From NCBI RefSeq assembly GCF_964355755.1, contig NC_092680.1, forward strand, positions 20,593,045 through 20,657,044: a stretch of 64,000 nt of DNA, read 5' to 3'. Under the pieces are notes generated by a model, which was not told the origin of the DNA, did not search any database, and saw only the letters and a list, made by a program, of their open reading frames with translations. Origin of the DNA: Antedon mediterranea (taxonomy: Eukaryota; Animalia; Echinodermata). The stretch's first letter is position 1. Each line of letters begins with the position of its first letter. Positions 51,001 to 61,126 of this stretch are shown here, piece by piece. The position numbers and the translations under genes are program-made.

Positions 51001-54000
51001 AAACAAATAATAATTTTAAAAATACAAAAATACTAATATTTTACAGTTTCTAAGTTTTCAATAATTCTGTCTGAAAATTCAATTCAATTCAACATGGAAT
51101 CACTTATCGATTTTTTCAGGGAAAAGTATTTAGTATTCCCTGGTTATTTTTACCTTTTACCAAGCATAGCCTTTACACAACTAGTCTTGCCAGCACCTTC
51201 TTTCCCAAGAAACATACATCTTGAATTCACAACTGCAATTTCACCATTTTGAAGCTCATCTTTGTATATTTTAATAGCATATTTACCCTTGGAATATATC
51301 TCTGCTGGAACTAATAATTCTAATATAAAAACATTAATATTATAACACTTTCAAAATGTCAAATTTACTTTATTATTTGTTTTCTTACATAACCTCTTAC
51401 AACCTAATAATATTAACATCTAAATAGTCATTGATAAATAATTTAAATTTTGTCAAAGATGTATTTTTCCCCCCAAAACATGAACAATTTGAATAAGCCA
51501 TTATGCAGTTTTAATAAAGTTATTCACTTTCGTGGAGAAAAAAAAAGAACAAAAATAATAATTTCGCTTATCAAGCAAAATAATGTCTGACAGACGACAA
51601 ATATGATTATTTTTTTGCTTTAAAGAAAAAATAAAATTTTGTTCAAGTAGGCTACTGTAAATCCTTATTTTTTTCAATCCAATTTTTGGTCAAAGTGAAC
51701 AAGCTTATTTACGATTGGAATATACTGCTGGAATTAATAAATGTAATATAAAAATATCAACATTTTAAACAATTTCAAATAAATTTTTATTGTTCATAAA
51801 TAACCTCCTACAAGTTAAAAATAACAAAGTAAGGCATCACTTACTGTCAAAGTCAAATTTTAAAATCTTCTTTCTTTCATCTGGGTCTGTGTATCTAGTA
51901 TTATTTTCTAAAACAGCCATTGGTCTATTTCCTTCCTATAAACAAATTAATGTTTTAGTTAGTATTAAGAAATAATATGAATTGATAATATTGGCTACTG
52001 AGTCTATCTAGACACCCTTATCAAATAAAAAACCATTATCAATAGTAGACTATGATATCTATAAATATGAAAATAAACACATATTAGTATGCTAATAATG
52101 TGTGAAAGAGACACACATGCTAGTATGCTTCATATACAGACACTACTGTACCATTAAACCAATGGTGATTTCATGCTATCTCAAAGTCAGATTAAATAGC
52201 AAACTCCTTTATTGTATTTATTTATTATTAGTAAAGTAATTTTTAAATTTAACAATTCAACGACATCAAATGAATAATAATAATTTAAAAACGCATATTG
52301 TCACTTTTTAATATATTGGTATCTTTGTTAAACAATAAAAACATATTGGTAAGGTATGGTAGGGACCCTTTCCAAATCTATTTGTGGTACACCCAAAATA
52401 TCCATATCTCTTCACACTACAAAGTTGCATATAATGGTGTGTGTAAATTTATTTCTTTTCCTTTGGAAAGGAAATCGGAGATAAATCGGATAGAACCCAT
52501 ATTATAGAAAGAAGTCTATAAAGGCAATGCGATGATCAAAGGGCAAACTGCTTTTTAGTGAACTACCGTAATCAATTTATGATACATTTTTATATATTTT
52601 ATGATGTAAATTATGTTATTTGCTAGTTTGTTGTTATTGTATTACAAATAGTTAAAGACTAAAAGTAGAACTGAAAAAATCTTTATATAATTATAATAAT
52701 CATGAAGTTTAAAAAAAAACTAGATAAAATATTTTTCTGACACATTAATAATAATAATACATTTTACTCTGTTGTGTTAGGTTTACAATATATACTATAT
52801 ATTATTCATATTATGATATTATACCATTCTCAATACAGTAAATAATCCTAATTACAGTATTTTTATTGATAAACAAGTCACGGGAAGTGATTAATTGATT
52901 ATCATTATCATGAGAAAAAATATGGTTACAGTTACTGTAACCATATTTTATATTAAGAATTATCTTTGTAACCTAATGAAATGTTATACCTAGTCTTGAA
53001 AATAATTTCAATTTGAAATTAGTAAAATTACTTCTTTTTCGTTGATCCACTACAAAAAAAAAACCAAAAAAGTATGAAATAAGTATGTTGAAGTTCATGT
53101 ATGTACTGTCACACAGTACTGTAATTGTGTATTATTGTAAATGATACAATTACCTTATTTTGCAATGACAATGATGCACCTTGCTTTATAAAGAATATCA
53201 CTAATTCCAAGGTACACTTTCCATAACACAAATACAAATGAAGTGGAGTGTCTCCATCCTTGATGAACAAAATCATAATCATAAGTTCAATAATATTGAT
53301 AATAGCTATATAAGTAATTGATAAGTGCTAAATAGACAACCAATAAATGTATAGCAAAACACATCACATCACAAATGGTAAAGTATACTGTGTGTATTCT
53401 CTTGCAACTTAATCCTGTAGTAAATTTGTTGCAGTTAAGTTCATTATAATTTACATAATTGTCTACCTTTGTTACAGTATCTTTACATAGTAATTCATTT
53501 ATGCAATCTTATGAATTGTTATACTTAGTCGTGAAAATAATTTCATTTTGAAATGAGTAAATTATTTCTTTTTTGTTAATCCAATACAAGAAAACAAATA
53601 AGTATTTAATAAGTATTACTAAATGTGTGTATGTACTGTCATACAGTAATTGTGTATTATTGTAAATAAAACAATTACCTGATTTTGCAATGACAATGAC
53701 GCCCCATGCTGTTGTATGAGGAATTTCACTATTTCCAAGGTATAATATCTTCTACTCACATACAAATGAAGTGGAGTGTTTCCATTCTTGATAAAGAAAA
53801 TCATAATCATAAGTTCAATAATATTGATAACAGCTATATAAGTAATTGATAAGTGCTAAATAGACAACCAATAAATGTATAGCAAAACACATCTCATCAC
53901 AAATGGTAAAGTATACTGTGTGTGTTCTCTTGCAACTTAATCCTGTAGTAAATTTGTTGCAGTTAAGTTCATTAATTTACATCATTGTCTACCTTTGTTA

Positions 54001-57000
54001 CAGTATCTTTACATAGTAATTTATGCAATCCTATGATTCGTTATACCTAGTCTTGAAAATAATTTCATTTTGAAATGAGTAAATTATTCCTTTTTTTTAA
54101 TCCAATACAAGAAAACAAATAAGTATGTAATAAGTATGTGTAAATGTATGTATGTACTGTCATACAGTAATTGTGTATTATTGTAAATAAAACAATTAGC
54201 TTATTTTGCAATGACAATGATGCCCCATGGTGTTGTATGAGGACTTTCACTATTTCCAAGGTACAATGTTGATAACGCAGGTACAAATGAAGTGGAGTGT
54301 TTCCATCCTTGATGAACAAAATCATAATCGTAAGTTCAAAAATATTGATAACAGCTATATAAGTAATTGATAAGTGCTAAATAGACAACCAATAAATGTA
54401 TAGCAAAACACATCTCATCACAGATGGTAAAGTATACTGTGTGTATTCTCTTGCAACTTAATCCTGTAGTAAATTTGTTGCAGTTAAGTTCATTATAATT
54501 TACGTCATTGTCTACCTTTGTTACAGTATCTTATAGTAATTTATGCAATCTTATGAATTGTTATACTTAGTCTTGAAAATAATTTCATTTTGAAATGAGT
54601 AACTTATTTCTTTTTTGTTAATTCAATACAAGAAAACAAATAAGTATGTAATAAGTATGTGTAAATGTGTGTATGTACTGTCATACAGTAATTGTGTATT
54701 GTAAATAAAACAATTACCTCATTTTGCAATGACAATGATGCACCTTGCTTTATAAAGAATGTCACTAATTCCAAGGTACACTCTCCATTACACAAATACA
54801 AATGAAGTGGAGTGTCTCCATCCTTGATGAACAAAATCATAATCATAAGTTCAATAATATTGATAACAGCTATATAAGTAATTGATAAAAACACATCTCA
54901 TCACAAATGGTAAAGTATACTGTGTGTATTCTCTTGCAAATTAATCCTGTAGTAAATTTGTTGCAGTTAAGTTCATTATAATTTACATCATTGTCTACCT
55001 TTGCTACAGTATCTTTACATAGTAATTTATACAATCTTATGAATTGTTATACCTAGTCTTGAAAATAATTGTATTTTGAAATGAATAAATTATACATATC
55101 TTTTTGTTGATCTAATACAAGAAAAAAAAGTATGTAATAAATGTATGTAAGTTTGTGTATGTACTGTCATAAAGTAATTGTGTAATTGTAAATAAAACAA
55201 TTACATTATTTTGCAATGACAATGATGCACCATGCTGTTGTATGAGGAATATCACTATTTCCAAGGTATAATGTTTATTCCCCAAACACAAATGAAGTGG
55301 AGTGTTTCCATCCTTGATGAACAAAATCATAATCATAAGTTCAATAATATTGATAACAGCTATATAAGTAATTGATAAGTGCTAAATAGACAACCAATAA
55401 ATGTATAGCAAAACACATCTCATCACAAATGGTAAAGTATACTGTGTGTATTCTCTTGCAACTTAATCCTGTAGTAAATTTGTTGCAGTTAAGTTCATTA
55501 TAATTTACGTCATTGTCTACCTTTGTTACAGTATCTTTACATAGTAATTTATGCAATCTTATGAATTTTTATACCTATAGTCTTGAAAATAATTTCATTT
55601 TGAAATGAGTAAATTATTTCTTTTTTGTTAATCCAATACAAGAAAACAAATAAGTATGTAATAAGTATGTGTAAATGTGTGTATGTACTGTCATACAGTA
55701 ATTGTGTATTATTGTAAATAAAACAATTACCTTATTTTGCAATGACAATGATGCCCCATGCTGTTGTATGAGGAATTTCACTATTTCCAAGGTACAATAT
55801 CTATTACTCGCATACAAATGAAGTGGGTTGTTTCCATCCTTGATGAATAAAATCATAATCATAAGTTCAATAATATTGATAACAGCTATATAAGTAATTG
55901 ATAAGTGCTAAATAGACAACAAATAAATGTATAGCAAAACACATCTCATCACAAATGGTAAAGTATACTGTGTGTATTCTCTTGCAACTTAATCCTGTAG
56001 TAAATTTGTTGCAGTTAAGTTTATTATAATTTACATCATTGTCTACCTTTGTTACAGTATATTTACATAGTAATTTATACAATCTTATGAATAATTGTTA
56101 TACTTAGTCTTAAAAATAATTGCATTTTGAAATGAATAAATTATACATATCTTTTTGTTGATCTAATACAAGAAAAACAAAGTATGTAATAAATGTATGT
56201 AAGTTTGTGTATGCACTGTGTTACGTGTGACGAGAGTCAGGTGTCACATGTCACATGCAAATGAATCAAGTCGCCGGTGGTCAAGTGGACGAATCAGAAT
56301 GGAGCATGGTGGTGCGCGGTATTTTGGAAAGCTGTGCTGGGTGTGGGATACAAAAAAGGGAGTCACTCAGGAGACAGGGCCAGCTAAGGACGCTTCCTTA
56401 AATGTAGGGTCAGGTGAACCCAAAAGTAGAAAAAGAGAGCCTTTAAGTACAGAAATGTTGATCAAGGAACAAGAAGATGATTCATTTATACAGAAATTGG
56501 GGTCTAGGGTGTTACCTAAGGAGGAGGCGGCAAAACTACCGGTCTGCTTCTATAAAGAAAATAACGTTGTTATGAGAAAATGGAGGCCACGTCATGCACA
56601 GGTACATGATGTGTGGGCTGTGGTACATCAAATTGTAGTCCCGAAAGTCTATCACGACGATGTAATAGGCATAGCCCATGACAACTCTATGTCAGGGCAC
56701 TTGGGTGTTAGAAAAACACATGATAAAATTATTCAACATTTCTGGTGGCCATCTCTTAAAAAGGAAGTATCACACTATTGCCGTTTGTGCCACATATGCC
56801 AGGTTGTGGGAAAGCCAAATAAGAAAATTCCGGTAGCACCGCTTAAGCCAATACCCGCTTTTGGGGAACCATTCAGCAAAGTTATGATAGATTGCGTTGG
56901 TCCATTGCCAAAAACAAAGTCCGGAAATCAATATCTCCTTACTATTATGTGCTGCTCTACGCGTTTTCCCGAAGCAGTCCCACTTAGAAATATTAAGGCA

Positions 57001-60000
57001 GCAACGGTAGTCAAAGCTTTAATTAAATTCTTCACATTAGTTGGTTTGCCTACATCAATTCAATCTGACCAGGGCACTAATTTTAAATCAGGGTTATTCC
57101 AACAAATTATGTTACAATTGGGCATAGAGCAATCAACATCTAGTGCGTATCACCCAGAGTCTCAAGGTGCTATAGAAAGATTTCACCAAACGTTAAAAAA
57201 CATGTTAAGGGCATATTGTGTAGAGTTTCAAAGGGAATGGGACGAAGGGGTACATTTAGTTCTTTTTGCAGCCAGAGAATCTGTACAAGAAACATTAGGT
57301 TTCAGCCCATTTCAGTTGGTCTTCGGTCACTCCGTGCGGGGACCATTAAAATTGCTGAAAGATAAGTGGCTCCAGGGAGAACTAAATAATGTAAATTTAT
57401 TGGATTATGTATGTGACTTTAGGCATAAACTTAACAGGGCGACCGTCATTGCTAAAGCAAATTTAGTAAAAGCACAAACTAAGATGAAAACTTGGTATGA
57501 TAAAAATGCAAAAAGCAGGGTTTTTAAACCTGGGGACAAGGTTCTGGCGTTGTTTCCCATTCAGGGGAGCCCAATGCAAGCGCGATTTCACGGTCCATAC
57601 AAAATCGACTCAAAAATAAATGATCTAAATTATGTCATAAATACACCAGGGAGACGGAAGAGTAGACAATTATGTCACATTAATATGCTTAAAAAATATG
57701 CCGAACATGGTTCTAGCGATGTAAAACCAAATTGTGCGGCTGTAGCTTGTAACAATGACGGTGGCTCTCACAATGATTTAAAAGAAAAGGGCAAGGAATA
57801 TGATTTAAAACTAAGCAACTCTGATGTAATGAACAATTTACAACAAAAGTTAACTCATTTATCAATAGAACAACAGAGTCAATTGAGTACACTGGTGAAT
57901 AAATGGAACGGTATCTTTTCTGACACCCCTAGTGTAACAAATGCTGCAATCCATGATATCATTGTTGGGGATACACAACCTATTAAGCAACATCCTTACA
58001 GGGTGAATCCAATTAAAATGAAGTATCTCCATAAGGTAATTGAATATATGTTAAAAAATAGTATAATTGAGCTTAGTAAAAGCGACTGGAGTTCGCCATG
58101 CATGCTTGTTCCCAAGTCTGATGGTTCATATAGACTCGTGGCGGATATGCGAGCAGTTAATCGTTGTTCAAAAACAGACTCGTATCTAATTCCGAAAATT
58201 GAAGATTTAATAGATAAGGTGGGGAACGCAAAATTTGTTAGTAAATTTGACCTTTTAAAAGGCTACTGGCAAGTGCCACTAACGCCGCGCGCCCAGGAAA
58301 TTTCTGCTTTCTGTACCCCGTTCGGGCTTTATCAATACAGGGTGATGCCGTTTGGCCTTAAGAATGCGCCCGCGACATTTCAGCGAATGGTAAATCGACT
58401 TGTAGCTAACGTAGAAGGCTGCGAGGCGTATGTTGATGACCTGATAGTATACAGTCAAACTTGGGAGCAACACATGCAACAGTTAAATGAAATGTTTAAA
58501 GCTTTGTCACAAGCAAACCTAACTGTAAACTTAAGTAAGAGTGAATTCTGTCATGCTACGGTTACGTATCTTGGTCATGTTGTGGGGCAGGGAAGGGTTA
58601 GACCCATCAGGGCTAAGGTTGAGAGTATTTATCGGTACCCAGCACCCACAAACAAAAAATCGTTGATGAGGTTTTTAGGGATGGTGGGGTGCTATCGGAA
58701 GTTTTGTCCCAATTTTTCTAGCGTAGCAGGTCCTCTTACAGAATTGCTTAAGAAGAATGTAAAATTTAAGTGGTCGGATATATGTGAAAGTGCCTTTAGG
58801 AAAATTAAGTCTATGCTAATGTGTGAACCAATCCTTATAGCACCGGATTTTAAGAAACAATTCCGTTTGTATGTAGACGCCTGTGATGTGGGGATTGGTA
58901 GCGTTCTCATGCAGAAGAACGTTGATGGGATAGAATGTCCCGTATGTTATTTTTCTAGAAAATTAAGTAAACATCAAATGAATTATTCGACTATTGAGAA
59001 AGAATGTCTGGCACTATTGGAGTCGTTAACGCATTTTGATGTATATCTAAGCACTACCGTAGACCCAATACTTGTGTTCACTGACCACAACCCACTTACC
59101 TTTATTTATAAAATGCGAAATAAAAATCAGCGGTTGCTGAGGTGGGGACTAACTTTACAAGAATACAATGTTGAGATTAAGCATGTTAAAGGAAAGGAAA
59201 ATGTGATTGCCGACGCTCTGTCTCGTGGGGTGTGAACAATATAAATATTATGAATGTAACGCAAATGAATATAAATATTATGAATGTAATGCAAATGAAC
59301 ATAAATATTATGAATGTAATGCAAATGAATATAATGTTATGAATGTAATGCAAATGAATAAAGATGTGTAAAATTAAGAATTATAAAAAAAAAATGTATG
59401 TATACTTGTGTGAAAAAAAAAAAAAATAGTAAATAATACAAGTTAAAATAGTGATATGTAGCCCTAAGGTAAAGAAAAAGTAGGAAATGCAATAAAAATT
59501 GAAGTGTTAAAAAAAAAAAAAAAGTAGATGAATAAAATGATAATATATGATGTAATGTGAAATTGAAATTGGGTAATAAATTAGAGATTTTTTTGTAAAT
59601 ACCAGTGGTTGGTGAGGAGGCACCAAAAGTTTTCCTGACGAAAAACTAACTTTAAGGGGGAGAGTGTTACGTGTGACGAGAGTCAGGTGTCACATGTCAC
59701 ATGCAAATGAATCAAGTCGCCGGTGGTCAAGTGGACGAATCAGAATGGAGCATGGTGGTGCGCGGTATTTTGGAAAGCTGTGCTGGGTGTGGGATACAAA
59801 AAAGGGAGTCACTCAGGAGACAGGGCCAGCTAAGGACGCTTGCGGTTAGAACTGTGCTTGAGACTGGAAGCGAGGCAGGACGATAAGAATGGGGAGGTTG
59901 TGATGTGTACAGATGGCCAGGCAAACCAACCACTCGGTATCATACGTATCTATAATTGTGTTGTTATGTATTTTGTGCTTCGTGAAAGGAAATAAATGGA

Positions 60001-60746
60001 GCTCGTGCTCTTTGCATAATACTCTGAGTGTCGACTAGTATGTAATAAATGTATGTAAGTTTGTGTATGTACTGTCATAAAGTAATTGTGTAATTGTAAA
60101 TAAAACAATTACATTATTTTGCAATGACAATGATGCACCATGCTGTTGTATGAGGAATATCACTATTTCCAAGGTATAATGTTTATTCCCCAAACACAAA
60201 TGAAGTGGAGTGTTTCCATCCTTGATGAACAAAATCATAATCATAAGTTCAATAATATTGATAACAGCTATATAAGTAATTGATAAGTGCTAAATAGACA
60301 ACCAATAAATGTATAGCAAAACACATCTCATCACAAATGGTAAAGTATACTGTGTGTATTCTCTTGCAACTTAATCCTGTAGTAAATTTGTTGCAGTTAA
60401 GTTCATTATAATTTACGTCATTGTCTACCTTTGTTACAGTATCTTTACATAGTAATTTATGCAATCTTATGAATTTTTATACCTATAGTCTTGAAAATAA
60501 TTTCATTTTGAAATGAGTAAATTATTTCTTTTTTGTTAATCCAATACAAGAAAACAAATAAGTATGTAATAAGTATGTGTAAATGTGTGTATGTACTGTC
60601 ATACAGTAATTGTGTATTATTGTAAATAAAACAATTACCTTATTTTGCAATGACAATGATGCCCCATGCTGTTGTATGAGAAATTTCACTATTTCCAAGG
60701 TACAATATCTATTACGCGCATACAAATGAAGTGGGTTGTTTCCATC
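45083..60746 (-). CDS. ROCO-family protein: ankyrin repeats - Roc GTPase - COR - Cys/His-rich segment - tandem death-effector-like domains; 5' end lies beyond the window
   Basis: Non-ankyrin exons approx. 51935-51845, 51310-51154 (P-loop GKEGAGKT), 50185-50082 (STDG), 49902-49845, 49736-49600 (IWDYAGQ), 49168-49073, 48963-48771 (LIATHMD), 48645-48402 (VPVKWVNL), 48127-47933 (AISYLNDTGIIMY), 47783-47612, 47512-47210 (FLVPC), 46699-46595, 46398-46190, 45645-45083 (LSSYRKRLFTALNEVGQKEL, DED-like). Eight ankyrin exons lie upstream. Confidence 0.85.
52965..56218 (-). repeat. Tandem array of ~500-530 bp exon+intron units, each with one ankyrin-repeat exon (53258-53154, 53786-53679, 54307-54200, 54822-54718, 55312-55205, 55838-55731)
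   Basis: Each exon is 105 or 108 nt, phase 0-0, consensus DG(N/D)TPLHLxxxxxxxTLE(I/L)VxFxI(Q)xxGASLSLQNx; introns visibly near-identical. Confidence 0.93.
56219..60036 (+). mobile_element. Gmr1-like Ty3/Gypsy LTR retrotransposon, internally deleted (partial 5' LTR 56219-~56395 fused to pol; PPT 59654-59664; 3' LTR from 59665)
   Basis: Direct repeat starting TGTTACGTGTGACGAG at 56219 and 59665; polypurine tract AAGGGGGAGAG abuts the 3' LTR; gag, protease and PBS absent. Confidence 0.9.
56248..59235 (+). CDS. Retrotransposon pol ORF: integrase (HHCC + DDE core), then reverse transcriptase, then RNase H
   Basis: AHDNSMSGHLGVRKT..CHICQ, IDCVGPLP, SDQGTNF, YHPESQGAIERFHQTLK; FDLLKGYWQV, MPFGLKNAPATFQR, YVDD; VDAC, NYSTIEKE, TDHNPL, ADALSR. 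First ATG at 56248 lies inside the LTR. Confidence 0.9.
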   Translation: MSHANESSRRWSSGRIRMEHGGARYFGKLCWVWDTKKGVTQETGPAKDASLNVGSGEPKSRKREPLSTEMLIKEQEDDSFIQKLGSRVLPKEEAAKLPVCFYKENNVVMRKWRPRHAQVHDVWAVVHQIVVPKVYHDDVIGIAHDNSMSGHLGVRKTHDKIIQHFWWPSLKKEVSHYCRLCHICQVVGKPNKKIPVAPLKPIPAFGEPFSKVMIDCVGPLPKTKSGNQYLLTIMCCSTRFPEAVPLRNIKAATVVKALIKFFTLVGLPTSIQSDQGTNFKSGLFQQIMLQLGIEQSTSSAYHPESQGAIERFHQTLKNMLRAYCVEFQREWDEGVHLVLFAARESVQETLGFSPFQLVFGHSVRGPLKLLKDKWLQGELNNVNLLDYVCDFRHKLNRATVIAKANLVKAQTKMKTWYDKNAKSRVFKPGDKVLALFPIQGSPMQARFHGPYKIDSKINDLNYVINTPGRRKSRQLCHINMLKKYAEHGSSDVKPNCAAVACNNDGGSHNDLKEKGKEYDLKLSNSDVMNNLQQKLTHLSIEQQSQLSTLVNKWNGIFSDTPSVTNAAIHDIIVGDTQPIKQHPYRVNPIKMKYLHKVIEYMLKNSIIELSKSDWSSPCMLVPKSDGSYRLVADMRAVNRCSKTDSYLIPKIEDLIDKVGNAKFVSKFDLLKGYWQVPLTPRAQEISAFCTPFGLYQYRVMPFGLKNAPATFQRMVNRLVANVEGCEAYVDDLIVYSQTWEQHMQQLNEMFKALSQANLTVNLSKSEFCHATVTYLGHVVGQGRVRPIRAKVESIYRYPAPTNKKSLMRFLGMVGCYRKFCPNFSSVAGPLTELLKKNVKFKWSDICESAFRKIKSMLMCEPILIAPDFKKQFRLYVDACDVGIGSVLMQKNVDGIECPVCYFSRKLSKHQMNYSTIEKECLALLESLTHFDVYLSTTVDPILVFTDHNPLTFIYKMRNKNQRLLRWGLTLQEYNVEIKHVKGKENVIADALSRGV

Positions 60747-61126
60747 CTTGATGAATAAAATCATAATCATAAGTTCAATAATATTGATAACAGCTATATA
60801 AGTAATTGATAAGTGCTAAATAGACAACAAATAAATGTATAGCAAAACACATCTCATCACAAATGGTAAAGTATACTGTGTGTATTCTCTTGCAACTTAA
60901 TCCTGTAGTAAATTTGTTGCAGTTAAGTTTATTATAATTTACATCATTGTCTACCTTTGTTACAGTATATTTACATAGTAATTTATACAATCTTATGAAT
61001 AATTGTTATACTTAGTCTTAAAAATAATTGCATTTTGAAATGAATAAATTATACATATCTTTTTGTTGATCTAATACAAGAAAAACAAAGTATGTAATAA
61101 ATGTATGTAAGTTTGTGTATGCACTG
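60037..61126 (-). repeat. Second copy of the two-ankyrin-exon block (exons 60220-60113 and 60746-60639), offset 4,908 bp from 55129-56218
   Basis: ORF pairs 55336/60244, 55862/60770 and 56082/60990 all differ by 4,908. Confidence 0.92.
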
